Shown in pieces: positions 1-9,744 of a DNA stretch of 64,000 nucleotides; the first letter of the stretch is position 1, and each line of letters begins with the position of its first letter. The DNA lies in NCBI GenBank assembly GCA_036501665.1, contig DASXZW010000023.1:7181-71180 (forward strand), read 5' to 3'. The stretch comes from Verrucomicrobiia bacterium. GTDB taxonomy: Bacteria > Verrucomicrobiota > Verrucomicrobiia > Limisphaerales > Palsa-1400. Position numbers and translations under genes: made by a program. Below the pieces are notes generated by a model. It was not told the origin of the DNA and made no database searches. It worked only from the letters and a program-made list of their open reading frames with translations.

Positions 1-234
1 GATTTGAGCGCACTGGCAGCCACAGCGACCTGTTTAGTTAGCAACCTGAATATCGAAGGCGGCCTGTCAGTTTTCTTTGCAACCGAAACGATGGAAATGA
101 GGAAGTCGCGTTATCGCTTAAGCATTGCGCAGGAAGCGCGTTCAATGACGAGCCGGAAAGCGGGGGATTGCCAAAACTCATAAAAATGTTAGGTTGGTTG
201 CAACCCGGACGATAAGTTGGTGTTAATCCTAAAA

Positions 235-552
235 ATGACTATGAAAAAACTATTGGTAGCGCTTGTCGCGACGGCATTTGTCGCATTTGTATCCACCACG
301 GTCCGCGCGGCGGAGGAAGTTGTCCTCAAAGGCAAGGCCCTTTGCGCAAAGTGCGAATTGCATGAATCGCCCAAGTGCCAGACCGTAATCAAGACTGAAG
401 ACGGCACGCTCTATTACACGAAGGAAAACGACGTCGCCAAGGAATTCCACAAGAACATCTGCCAGGCGCCCGCGAAAGTCGTCGCCAAAGGCACTGTCAA
501 GGAGAAGGATGGAAAGAAATACATCACCTTGACGAAGATCGACGTGGAATAA
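235..552 (+). CDS. small secreted Cys-containing protein (hypothetical)
   Basis: ORF 217..552; the first ATG is at 235. N-terminus MTMKKLLVALVATAFVAFVSTTVRAAEE looks like a signal peptide. The mature part is Lys-rich with 4 Cys. No family recognised with certainty. Confidence 0.5.
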   Translation: MTMKKLLVALVATAFVAFVSTTVRAAEEVVLKGKALCAKCELHESPKCQTVIKTEDGTLYYTKENDVAKEFHKNICQAPAKVVAKGTVKEKDGKKYITLTKIDVE

Positions 553-573
553 CTTATTCTTGACATCCCTCTC

Positions 574-1746
574 GTGACTTTTCGCGCGCTTATTGCAATG
601 GCGAAGGCCGAGGGGGCCAGTGATCTGCATCTTGAGCCGGGATTGCCGCCGACGTTGCGCGTCCGCGGCAATCTCCGCCCAGCCGGCGAACCGGTCGCCG
701 GCGCGATGACCCAGGAATGGGCGCGCGAAATTATTGCCTCCGAAGAGTGGCCGCAATTTGAACTGCGCCGCTCTGTGGATTTCTCACGGAAAATGGAAGG
801 CGCGCGCTGTCGCTTTAACGTTTTTTACACTTCGCGCGGAGTAGGTTTCGCAGTCCGCCTTTTGCCCGCTTCATCGCCGACCATCGAGGCGTTGAACCTT
901 CTCCCGGACCTGAAAAATCTTGTCAAACATTCCACCGGTTTGGTTCTTATCAGCGGGCCGACCGGTTGCGGAAAATCGACGACACTGGCTTCCCTGATTC
1001 AAACGATCAATTTAGCCGAAGCCCGGCACATCGTCACGATTGAGAATCCCATCGAGTTCACGTTTCGGCCCCAGCGTTCGTTCATACGCCAGCGCGAAGT
1101 CGGGCGTGACACTCCTAGTTTCGAGCAGGCCCTTTTGGACAGCCTCCGCGAAGACCCGGATGTTCTGATGGTCGGCGAAATGCGCGATCCTGAGACGATG
1201 CGGCTCACGCTCACCGCCGCGGAAACCGGTCATCTCGTTTTGGCGACGGTCCATTCCTCGAATTGCGCCGAGGCGTTGCAACGCGTCGTCGGGGCTTTTC
1301 CCGCTGAAATTCAAAACAACGTCGCTGCGCAATTGGCAGATTGTCTCATTGGGGTGGTGTCGCAACGGCTCCAGTTTCGACCGACCTTGAACATTTGCAT
1401 CCCCGAATGCGAAATCCTGATGGCGACGCTGCCGATCAGGAATTTCATCCGCACCCGTGAGTTTTTCAAAATCATGACGTCGCTCGAAACCGGCGCTGAG
1501 TTCGGGATGTGGACTTTTCAAAGGTACCGATCCTGGATCGATAAACGCGCCAATTTCAATTACGCCGCGCGCGACGTGGAAGTTGAAGAAGACGAGGCAG
1601 TGGCAACAAAAACCCCCGTGTCCGTCCCCACGCCGAATTCCCCAGTTGCAGCCTCTCCAGTGCAACGACCAGCCTCAACCGGTTCAAGCCGCATCGAAAT
1701 CGAGCCCACAGAAATATTCGAACGAATCCTGAAACGTCCTTCCTAA
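574..1746 (+). CDS. pilT: type IV pilus twitching-motility ATPase PilT family
   Basis: GTG start. Walker A GPTGCGKSTT, Asp box/Walker B DPDVLMVGEMRD, His box TGHLVLATVHS. The N-terminal ASDLHL..G.PP..RV motif is typical of PilT/PilU. It has an extra ~50 aa low-complexity Pro/Ser C-terminal tail. Confidence 0.85.
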   Translation: MTFRALIAMAKAEGASDLHLEPGLPPTLRVRGNLRPAGEPVAGAMTQEWAREIIASEEWPQFELRRSVDFSRKMEGARCRFNVFYTSRGVGFAVRLLPASSPTIEALNLLPDLKNLVKHSTGLVLISGPTGCGKSTTLASLIQTINLAEARHIVTIENPIEFTFRPQRSFIRQREVGRDTPSFEQALLDSLREDPDVLMVGEMRDPETMRLTLTAAETGHLVLATVHSSNCAEALQRVVGAFPAEIQNNVAAQLADCLIGVVSQRLQFRPTLNICIPECEILMATLPIRNFIRTREFFKIMTSLETGAEFGMWTFQRYRSWIDKRANFNYAARDVEVEEDEAVATKTPVSVPTPNSPVAASPVQRPASTGSSRIEIEPTEIFERILKRPS

Positions 1747-1784
1747 TCACGCTCATCCGTCTAATGTCAGGGTGAGGAATAACT

Positions 1785-2150
1785 ATGAAAACCCGCGTTG
1801 GTTCCAAGGCGTTCTGGATCGCCGCAGCGCTTTTTGCGGTGTTTGCAGCTTTTTGGGGGTCAATGGAACTGATTGGTTTTAAGCAGCGCAGGGATAAGGC
1901 TGCGGTTCGCGCTTATATTGACAGAGTTCAGCCCTTGTTGCTTGCGGACACTCGTTTTAAATATGTGCGGTTGTTGGGCTATAGTTGTGATAGTGTGTGG
2001 TCGCCGTACATGCCCATTTCCGGGACCGTGCCATCACAGGCCGATTGGGATGCTCTCCAATATCTTATCCAAACCTCACGACCCCCGGTGTTCGCGAGCG
2101 TGGCGGTAGTTGTAGTTGACTCAAATAACAAAGGACCAAAAACCCCGTAG
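1785..2150 (+). CDS. hypothetical membrane-anchored protein
   Basis: ORF with an N-terminal hydrophobic helix (AFWIAAALFAVFAAFWG). No recognisable family. Confidence 0.4.
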   Translation: MKTRVGSKAFWIAAALFAVFAAFWGSMELIGFKQRRDKAAVRAYIDRVQPLLLADTRFKYVRLLGYSCDSVWSPYMPISGTVPSQADWDALQYLIQTSRPPVFASVAVVVVDSNNKGPKTP

Positions 2151-2165
2151 GTTGACGGATTTTGT

Positions 2166-3524
2166 CTATGCGTTCGCAATCGCGCGTTCGAGGATCGCGA
2201 GGGCCTGGTCCATTTCGGCTTGGGTCAATGTCAGCGCGGGAGTAAGGGTCAAAATATTTCCCTGGGTGATTTTAAAATTCAAGCCTCCGCTCAGGGAGTT
2301 ATACATGACGCGTTCCGCTTCGTCCCTGGCCGGAATCAATTTGGCCTTATCTTTCAGCAGTTCGACGCCGAGGATCAAACCAAGGCCGCGCACGTCGCCG
2401 ATCAGAGGTTGACGTTTCGCCATTTCCCGAAGGCGTTCGAGGGCGTATTGGCCAAGCTTTCTTGCATTGTCAACAAGATGTTCTTCCTCGATCACCTGAA
2501 GCGTGGCAAGAGCGGCGGCGCAGGCGACCGGATTTTTTTCGTGCGTGTAATGGCCCAACGCGGTGTGCTGCGCGACGTTCAGCGCTTCGCGGCACAACAT
2601 CGCGGCAATCGGCATAATGCCGCCGCCCAGACCTTTGCCGACGACCAGAATATCCGGGACGACATCATAATGCTCGCACGCGAACATTTTTCCTGTGCGT
2701 CCGAGGCCCATTGGAATTTCGTCAAGAATCAGAAGCGCGCCGTGTTTGTCGCAACTGGCGCGGATGCGTTTCCAGTAATCGGGCGGAGGAATGAATGGGA
2801 TCGAGCGAATTGTCTCGCCGATGACCGCTGCGACGTCGCCTTCTTTTTCCAGCACGTAATCAATGTAGTCGGCGCATGCGAGCGAACACGATGCTCCGCA
2901 TTTGAACGGGCAATGGCGATTGTCCGCAGGCGGAACGTGTTCGCAGCCGGGCAGAAGGGGACCGATGTCCTTGCGAAACACGGCTTCGCCTCCGACGGAA
3001 ATGGCATCGAGCGACGCGCCGTGAAATGAATCCCACATCGAAACAAATTTAAAACGCCCCGTGGCGACCCGCGCCAGCTTGAGCGCCATTCCGATTGCGG
3101 TGGTTCCGCCCGGCGCGAGCAAAACACGGTCGAGGCCGTTCGGCGCGATCTGGACAAGTTTTTCGGCGAGGGCGATTGCTGGTTCGCAGGTGTAGCGTCG
3201 GGTGCAAAATGATAGTTTATCCAACTGGGCTTTGATCGCTGCAACGACTCGCGGGTGAGCGAAACCAACATTGTGGACATTATTGCCGTGAAAATCCAAA
3301 TAGCGGCGTCCTTCAGTGTCTTCAAAAGACGCGCCGGAAGCGGATTTGATCACGTTCAGGCACGGCGTGGAAAGCGATTGGTGAAGAAATACTTCGCTGT
3401 CGCTCTCCAACGTTTGCCGCGTCTTCGCGTGGATGTTATCTGCGGACCATTTGTTGCGGTGCGGGGAAAGGTTGATGTCTCCCTCGGTCTTCAGCCCTTC
3501 GAGCGATTTATTTGTGTCTGACAT
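2166..3524 (-). CDS. PLP-dependent class-III aminotransferase-fold enzyme (candidate PbfA-like lyase or aminophosphonate transaminase)
   Basis: 452 aa. Class-III signatures are [15 protein letters not shown] and the PLP-lysine context VVGKGLGGG. It is the last gene of the phnW/phnA/phnY strand-run. Confidence 0.8.
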   Translation of the reverse strand: MSDTNKSLEGLKTEGDINLSPHRNKWSADNIHAKTRQTLESDSEVFLHQSLSTPCLNVIKSASGASFEDTEGRRYLDFHGNNVHNVGFAHPRVVAAIKAQLDKLSFCTRRYTCEPAIALAEKLVQIAPNGLDRVLLAPGGTTAIGMALKLARVATGRFKFVSMWDSFHGASLDAISVGGEAVFRKDIGPLLPGCEHVPPADNRHCPFKCGASCSLACADYIDYVLEKEGDVAAVIGETIRSIPFIPPPDYWKRIRASCDKHGALLILDEIPMGLGRTGKMFACEHYDVVPDILVVGKGLGGGIMPIAAMLCREALNVAQHTALGHYTHEKNPVACAAALATLQVIEEEHLVDNARKLGQYALERLREMAKRQPLIGDVRGLGLILGVELLKDKAKLIPARDEAERVMYNSLSGGLNFKITQGNILTLTPALTLTQAEMDQALAILERAIANA

Positions 3525-3528
3525 TAAA

Positions 3529-4953
3529 TCACCAGGGGAGGCTGAAGGTTTTGACGAAGCTGAACCCTTTCATGGATTCGATAACGCCTTCCTTTAAGCC
3601 CAACCCACTGTCTTTGATGCCCCCGAACGGACTGCTCTCAATTCGGAAACCAGGAACTTCGTTAATATTGACTGTCCCGCAGCGCAACGCTTTGATCGCT
3701 GTGAGCGCGCTTTGCAAATTCGTTGTCACGACGCCGGAGCTAAGGCCGAAGGCGGTTGAATTGGCGAGTTCAAGAGCATCTGCGAGATCACGCACTTTCA
3801 AAATCGGCGCGAGCGGGCCGAAACTTTCGCAGACAATCATCCGGCAATCGCGCGGAACATCGGCGATGACGGTTGGTTCCAGAAACGCGCCGCGTCGGTT
3901 TCCGCCGATGAGCACTTTGGCCCCGGCGGCGACGGCTTCTTTGACGACGTTTTCCAAGTTTGTGGCAGAGGCTTCGTCGATTACGGTTCCGACGAATGTT
4001 TTTTCATCAGTTGGATCGCCGCACTTGTATTCCTTTGTTTTTTCGACGAGACGTTTTGTGAATTCATCCGCGATGCCTTCCTGGACGAGAATCCTCTTTA
4101 CAGCGGTGCAACGCTGGCCGGAATTTCGGTAACTCCCTTCCGCGGCGAGGGTGATCGCGAGGTTCATGTCGGCGTCATTAAGAATAATCAACGGATCATT
4201 GCCGCCGAGTTCGAGGACGAGTTTCTTGTAGCCTGCGGTGGCGGCGATTTTCTTGCCGATGGCAATGCTCCCTGTAAATGCGACAACTTCCACGTCGGGA
4301 TGGGAAACCAACGGTTCTGCGACTTCGTTTGTCGCGCCAACGAGAACGCTCAGCATGGGACCCGGGAGTCCGGCGGCGAAAAGGAGTTCGGCAAACTTGA
4401 AGGCGGTCATCGGCGTTTTTTCGGACGGCTTGAGAATCAACGGTGTGCCGGCGGCAATGGCGGGCGCGACTTTGTGCGCGACCTGGTTCAGCGGATGATT
4501 GAAAGGCGTAATCGCAACGGCGCAGTGGAGAGGCTCGCGGGTTGTGAAGATGCGTCTGTTCTTGCCTTGAGGCGATACGTCGGCGGAAAAAATCTGGCCG
4601 TCGTCGCGGAGAGCTTCCATTGCGGCCCAACGAAGTACTTCGATGGTCCGGCCAACTTCATATCGAGTTTCGCGCATGGCGAGGCCGCTTTCGCTCGTGA
4701 TGAGACGGGCGATTTCTTCGCGTTGCGCATCAAGGGCAGCGCGGACGGTGTTCAGGATTTCGGAACGCTGGAAGCGACTTGGTGTGTCGCGAAAAGTTTT
4801 GGCGGCGGTCACGGCGGCTTCGACATCGGCGCGGGTTGCCGTCGCGACGCGGCCGGCTTCAGCGCCGGTGTGTGGGCTACGGACGATCAGTGCGTTGCCG
4901 CCGCCGCTCACCGGTTTGCCGGCGACTAGACTGGAGTAATTGTTCCGTTGCAT
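3529..4953 (-). CDS. phnY: aldehyde dehydrogenase, probable phosphonoacetaldehyde dehydrogenase
   Basis: 474 aa ALDH. Catalytic Glu context LELGGNDP and catalytic Cys context GQRCTAVKR. The gene lies between phnA-like and aminotransferase genes, and its start overlaps the phnA stop by 28 nt. Confidence 0.7.
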   Translation of the reverse strand: MQRNNYSSLVAGKPVSGGGNALIVRSPHTGAEAGRVATATRADVEAAVTAAKTFRDTPSRFQRSEILNTVRAALDAQREEIARLITSESGLAMRETRYEVGRTIEVLRWAAMEALRDDGQIFSADVSPQGKNRRIFTTREPLHCAVAITPFNHPLNQVAHKVAPAIAAGTPLILKPSEKTPMTAFKFAELLFAAGLPGPMLSVLVGATNEVAEPLVSHPDVEVVAFTGSIAIGKKIAATAGYKKLVLELGGNDPLIILNDADMNLAITLAAEGSYRNSGQRCTAVKRILVQEGIADEFTKRLVEKTKEYKCGDPTDEKTFVGTVIDEASATNLENVVKEAVAAGAKVLIGGNRRGAFLEPTVIADVPRDCRMIVCESFGPLAPILKVRDLADALELANSTAFGLSSGVVTTNLQSALTAIKALRCGTVNINEVPGFRIESSPFGGIKDSGLGLKEGVIESMKGFSFVKTFSLPW

Positions 4954-6245
4954 GTGTAATCGAAAATGTCAAAGTTTCGGACGTCGGCTTTTGCCCGCAT
5001 AAAATAATCGGGCTTCAGCGGCGCGCTTAAAATAAATGGAACCATTTCTTCGTATCGCCCGCCATGTGACCGCAAGGCGCCTTTCAAGGCGGACAAGTCG
5101 TGCCATTTCGGCGTGCGGCCCAAGGTTACATCACGTTTGGCGCAAACCACAAGATCACCCATGCGATCTTCGGGAAGTTCCATCCACCTCGCGGCTGTCG
5201 CGCGTTCGAGGACTTCTGTCACGCCTGGTAATTCCTGGATGAAGGCAATGGCTTCGTTGATGGCGACTCTGTATGCCGACGGCAGCAGAATCTTAACTTT
5301 ATTTCCCTCTTGCGGCGCCGATTTGACGAGGACGCTGGCATCGATCCCTGGCGGCAGATGCACCTGTGCGAACGATCCAAGGGCACCGTGATGGGCGACA
5401 TAGGGATCAGTAATGGGCAAAATGACGCGGAAGCCGGGGCCGAAACGCTGTTCCAATGCGGATTCGAGGTAGGTGACGTTCGGCGAGCCGTCGGGCTTTT
5501 GTTTGGCGTTCATGCCGTGATCCGCGGTGATGCCGATAACCGCGCCGAGCGCCAGCAATTTCCCGACTTGTTCGTCGATTCCAGCGTAAAATTCAAGTGC
5601 CTCCGGGGCGTCGGGCGCGTAGGCGTGCTGGATGAAATCGGTTGTTGTCAAATAAAGGAAATCGGCAAGACCGCGCTCGATCAGTTTGACGCCGGTTTTC
5701 AGAACATAAAGCGAGGCGTCGCCGCTGTAAATGGCCGGTGTCGGTCCGACGAGTGATTCGACGGCGTCGATCCCGTGCGTGGCGCGCACGGCTTCAGCGG
5801 CTTTTTCGGACGAGAGGGCAATTCCGCCCAGAGGAATCAGGCCGCTTGCGAAATAATCACGAAGTTTTTCCTTTGCGGTGACGACGGCGACACGGCGTCC
5901 GGCGCGTTGGGCGGCGGGAAAAATCGTTTCGGCGCGAAGGAATGACGCGGAATTCATCATCACTTCCTTGCCGCTTTTGGTGTCGTAAAAATAGTTGCCG
6001 ACAATGCCGTGGACGCATGGCGGAACGCCAGTCGTGATGGAAGCATTGTTGACGTTGGTCAAGCTCGGCATCGCTCCGCGCGCAAGGCCACGATGCCCTT
6101 CGACGCTGAGACGTAGGAGGTTGGGCATTCGCCCGCGCACCATGGCGGTGTCGAGGTATTCATCAGCGGAACCGTCGAGGCAGATTACGACGACGGGCTT
6201 CGCGGGCGGCCTGTATTCGCGGCCATTAACAGTGAAATTGCTCAT
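4926..6245 (-). CDS. phnA: alkaline-phosphatase-superfamily hydrolase, probable phosphonoacetate hydrolase
   Basis: 439 aa. Metal-binding N-terminus VVVICLDGSADEYL and nucleophile-Thr context PSLTNVNNASITTG, as in phosphonoacetate hydrolases. Operon context with phnW and phnY. Confidence 0.7.
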   Translation of the reverse strand: MSNFTVNGREYRPPAKPVVVICLDGSADEYLDTAMVRGRMPNLLRLSVEGHRGLARGAMPSLTNVNNASITTGVPPCVHGIVGNYFYDTKSGKEVMMNSASFLRAETIFPAAQRAGRRVAVVTAKEKLRDYFASGLIPLGGIALSSEKAAEAVRATHGIDAVESLVGPTPAIYSGDASLYVLKTGVKLIERGLADFLYLTTTDFIQHAYAPDAPEALEFYAGIDEQVGKLLALGAVIGITADHGMNAKQKPDGSPNVTYLESALEQRFGPGFRVILPITDPYVAHHGALGSFAQVHLPPGIDASVLVKSAPQEGNKVKILLPSAYRVAINEAIAFIQELPGVTEVLERATAARWMELPEDRMGDLVVCAKRDVTLGRTPKWHDLSALKGALRSHGGRYEEMVPFILSAPLKPDYFMRAKADVRNFDIFDYTCNGTITPV

Positions 6246-6262
6246 TTAAATTTGGTTCTTTC

Positions 6263-7222
6263 TTACTCACCGCTGTCTTCATCGCGCGGCTCTATTTTGG
6301 CTACCACTGCTGATCTGTTGACCAGCGACCACAGGTCGTCAAATAAGAAATAATCAAATGTCCGAATATGATCTTTTAGAATCTTCTCCGTCAGCATATT
6401 GGGACGAATATCAAAATAGTAAACCCCGTCCAGCGGGTTCAACTTAACGGTATATCCTTTGAAATGTCCCGGCAAGAATGTCGCGTTTACGCCATATTCC
6501 TTTGGACTCTTGCCCTTTCGCTGGACGTCGTTAAGAAATATTGCGACATGGGGGACATCCTTGCCCGTCAATCTCGCCAGAAGAAATTTGTCGATGAATA
6601 TTTTATCAAGCCGGTCCTTGCTGCTTGTCTTAACGGAGCCAATAATTTTCACGAAATTCCCGGATTTGATGACGAGATCGTGCTGGTAGCACATCAAGAA
6701 CTCTTCCTGGCCATCAATTTCGACAGGAACATTGACTATACCAGCCGTGCAATCCACACCGACGCGAACAAGAATCAGGCGAATGAGCCTCTCAAACAAA
6801 TCTCCATTAATTTTCCGCGCGGTGTTTGACTTTCCCACAGGCAAAGCATCCAGTGAAGCGCCGATGGCTTGCTGAATTGTGTAGATGCCCCTATTTACCA
6901 GTTCCCGATTGGCTGGTGTATCTACGTTGACGCGTGACGATTTGACTGTGTTGAGAATTGTGAGGAATTTTTTGGTCGCTGCCCTCGCTGATTTTCCAGA
7001 ATAGAGCAAATTAAAATTTAACGGACGTGTGACGTTAAACGATCCATTTTCCTTATACTGAAGAAATCGATAATGCGTTTCATTTCTCGAAACAATTTCA
7101 GCTTGAATTGATCCGGGTTGGCTGACGAAGTCCCAAAACGAGTTGCAAAAATCAATGTAATCCGACAGTTCCGCAAAATTCGTTTTGTTGGATGCTCGGC
7201 TGACGAGTTCGGTCAACGTCAT
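6263..7222 (-). CDS. putative type II restriction endonuclease
   Basis: 319 aa ORF whose ATG overlaps the methyltransferase stop (ATGA at 7219..7222). It is AT-rich compared with the flanks. No family is recognisable from sequence, so the call rests on position next to the MTase. Confidence 0.5.
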   Translation of the reverse strand: MTLTELVSRASNKTNFAELSDYIDFCNSFWDFVSQPGSIQAEIVSRNETHYRFLQYKENGSFNVTRPLNFNLLYSGKSARAATKKFLTILNTVKSSRVNVDTPANRELVNRGIYTIQQAIGASLDALPVGKSNTARKINGDLFERLIRLILVRVGVDCTAGIVNVPVEIDGQEEFLMCYQHDLVIKSGNFVKIIGSVKTSSKDRLDKIFIDKFLLARLTGKDVPHVAIFLNDVQRKGKSPKEYGVNATFLPGHFKGYTVKLNPLDGVYYFDIRPNMLTEKILKDHIRTFDYFLFDDLWSLVNRSAVVAKIEPRDEDSGE

Positions 7223-8175
7223 CGTATGCTCTCCCTGCGCTGGGCCGTTTCGGCGTCAAATTGTATCCAATACGCAACGGACCGGCCTCCGACGTTTTCA
7301 AGCCGCTTTACCGCCCACGAATTGTATTCCGCATTTGTGTCGCAGCCCAACCATCGCCGGCCCAACTGTTCAGCTACGACCAAGGTTGTTCCTGAACCGG
7401 AAAAGGGATCCAACACGGTGTCGCCAGGATTCGATGAAGCGAGCAACAGTTTGCGAAGCAATTCCTCGGGTTTTTGTGTCGGGTGGGGTGTCTTTTCTCC
7501 CATGCCATTTGAAGTCGTCGGAATGTCCATTACATCCTTGGGTTTTGCCCCTTTTGGATTTGGAACCCAGTGATCCCGGTTCTTGCCATTGCTGTTTCCC
7601 CCGTACTGACTTGTTTCAGCCTGGGGATGGACGGGATATTTCAATGTGTGTGCTCCGTAGGGAATCCGCACATCGTCGATGTTGAAAGTAAAATCCTTGC
7701 TTTTGCGGAAGTGAACGATGCTCTCATGCGACCTTCCCCAGTCACCGCCAAGATTGGCCTTATTCTTGTAGTGCCACACAATCCAACGGCACCCCTTAAA
7801 AAAAGGCATCGCGGCCACTTTAACATCTGCCAAAATTTCTGAAAAACCACACACGTAAAGTGTACCTGTTTTCCTCAAAACCCTGGATGCTTCCTTGAGC
7901 CATTCGCGCGACCATGCGACATAATGCCCGTGGCTCTCAAAATCGTCCCAATCCGCTTTTTTAATGTTGTAGGGCGGATCGGCAAAAACGAGGTCAACGG
8001 ATTCTGCGGACATTCCTTTAAGCCAGTCGATCGAATCTCCGAAATACAAACGACCATGATTATGTTCGTATTGTAATTGAATTCCGTCAGCGAGACCCAC
8101 AGGATTTATGGTCCCATTTTGGTGTTTCACTTCCAACTCCATCTGAGAAGTCGATTCCTTGACCTTCACCGGCAT
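7219..8175 (-). CDS. beta-class DNA methyltransferase (N6-adenine or N4-cytosine)
   Basis: Motif IV VFADPPYNI lies N-terminal. HPTQKPEELL and motif I VLDPFSGSGTTLVVAE lie C-terminal. This is the permuted beta-class order. Confidence 0.9.
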   Translation of the reverse strand: MPVKVKESTSQMELEVKHQNGTINPVGLADGIQLQYEHNHGRLYFGDSIDWLKGMSAESVDLVFADPPYNIKKADWDDFESHGHYVAWSREWLKEASRVLRKTGTLYVCGFSEILADVKVAAMPFFKGCRWIVWHYKNKANLGGDWGRSHESIVHFRKSKDFTFNIDDVRIPYGAHTLKYPVHPQAETSQYGGNSNGKNRDHWVPNPKGAKPKDVMDIPTTSNGMGEKTPHPTQKPEELLRKLLLASSNPGDTVLDPFSGSGTTLVVAEQLGRRWLGCDTNAEYNSWAVKRLENVGGRSVAYWIQFDAETAQRRESIR

Positions 8176-8253
8176 AACTTATTCAAAACGGAAAACCATT
8201 TGGACTCAAGCACATGCTGATTCAAGGTTCGACGCGCTTTAGGATTTGAACGC

Positions 8254-9375
8254 CTATTTGTTGGAAACGGCGACGCCGATGGCGAGGACGAGTTGGTCCA
8301 TGTCCGCGGGGAAGAGGCGGCCGATGTTGGCGATGCGGAAGGTGTCCACTTTAGTCAGTTTGCCGGGATAGATGAGGTAGCCCTGGCGGCTGAGTTCGTT
8401 GTAAAGTTGATCAAAACTGAACCGGCCTGACGTCGGAAATAAAAACGACGTGATGATCGGGGCTTGGACTTCGGGCTTTAAATAGCTTTGAAATCCGAGC
8501 CGCTTCATGCCGGCCAAAAGTGTTTCGTGATTTCGTCGGTAGCGCTGGTTTCGTCCGGGCACTCCGCCTTCAAGGTCCAATTCGTCGAGGGCTTGCTTGA
8601 AGCCGAGGATGCTGTGCGTCGGCGGCGTGTAACGGAATTTGCCGTCTTTTTCAAAGCCCTTGAGCTGTGCCAGCAAATCGAGGCTCAGGCTGCGCGCCCA
8701 TCCTTCGCTTGCAAGAAGAAGAGCGCGGCGACCAAGGACCAACGAGAAACCGGGAACGCCCTCGATGCATTTGTTTGCCGATGAAATGAGGAAGTCGATT
8801 CCGCAAGTTTCAACGTCGATGGGGATTCCCGCGAAACTGCTCATGGCATCGACGACGTAAATTTTGCCGAATCGCTTTGCGATGCGGCCGATTTCCTCAA
8901 TTGGATTGAGCAGGCCGGTTGTGGTCTCGCAATGAACCACGGCGACATGCGTCACGGAGGGATTCTCGTCAAGGCACGTTTCGAGTGCGGCGGGGTCCGC
9001 CGTAACGTCCTCGCCAGTTCGCAAAACACGGTGATTGATCCGGGCATGTTTCAGCATTTGCGCCATGCGCTCGCCGTATGCGCCGTTCGCAAGGACAACG
9101 ACTTCGCCGTTTGGTGGCACGCATGTTTGAAAAACGGCTTCGACTCCAAAGGTGCCGGAGCCTTGCATGAGAATGGCTTCCCAACCGGCTTCGCGCGAAA
9201 CGCCCGCCAAAGCAAGCAGACGAGAGCGGATGCTGGCGACGAGGGCATTGAAATCGGTATGCCATGAACCGGCGTCACGGAGCATCGCGTGTTTGACGCT
9301 AAGGCTGGTGGTCAGCGGGCCGGGAGTAAAGAGCAGTTTGTCCCGAGCCGCGGGAATTTCAGGAGTGAGGTGCAT
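8254..9375 (-). CDS. phnW: 2-aminoethylphosphonate--pyruvate transaminase
   Basis: 373 aa class-V aminotransferase fold with PLP-lysine context SSANKCIEGVPGFS, typical of PhnW. Confidence 0.8.
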   Translation of the reverse strand: MHLTPEIPAARDKLLFTPGPLTTSLSVKHAMLRDAGSWHTDFNALVASIRSRLLALAGVSREAGWEAILMQGSGTFGVEAVFQTCVPPNGEVVVLANGAYGERMAQMLKHARINHRVLRTGEDVTADPAALETCLDENPSVTHVAVVHCETTTGLLNPIEEIGRIAKRFGKIYVVDAMSSFAGIPIDVETCGIDFLISSANKCIEGVPGFSLVLGRRALLLASEGWARSLSLDLLAQLKGFEKDGKFRYTPPTHSILGFKQALDELDLEGGVPGRNQRYRRNHETLLAGMKRLGFQSYLKPEVQAPIITSFLFPTSGRFSFDQLYNELSRQGYLIYPGKLTKVDTFRIANIGRLFPADMDQLVLAIGVAVSNK

Positions 9376-9744
9376 GGAATTAAGTGGAAAAAGTGTGAGT
9401 TACAAAAGCAAATGAAGGTAACGAAGAGTTCGGTGTGCGTTCGTTGCATCAGTCATGGCGAATCAAGCGATAAATCCAGTTTGTTCCTGAGGTTTTATTT
9501 TCCCGGTTTCCAGAACTGTGGCAAGAGGTTTTGTTCGCGCGCCTTGTAAATTTTGAATGGCGATTCAGGTCATGCTCCGCATCGCTGTGACTTCCGAGGC
9601 GAAGGGTGTTTGGTGCAAAACGCGCTTACGGGGCAGGGGCATCCCGAAATGGGCGAGTGCAAATCAAACAAGTGGCAATTACTCCCGCCGCCTCAAGCAG
9701 GGCAATTGATGGTTGTTGAGTGTGGACGGCCCTACGGATGCCGT

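Noticed and set aside
1-183. Open frame-1 stretch ending in TAA at 181..183 (…FFATETMEMRKSRYRLSIAQEARSMTSRKAGDCQNS). It could be the 3' end of a gene starting before the window.
   Set aside because: Only 60 codons are visible, with no recognisable motif, so it cannot be supported as a feature.
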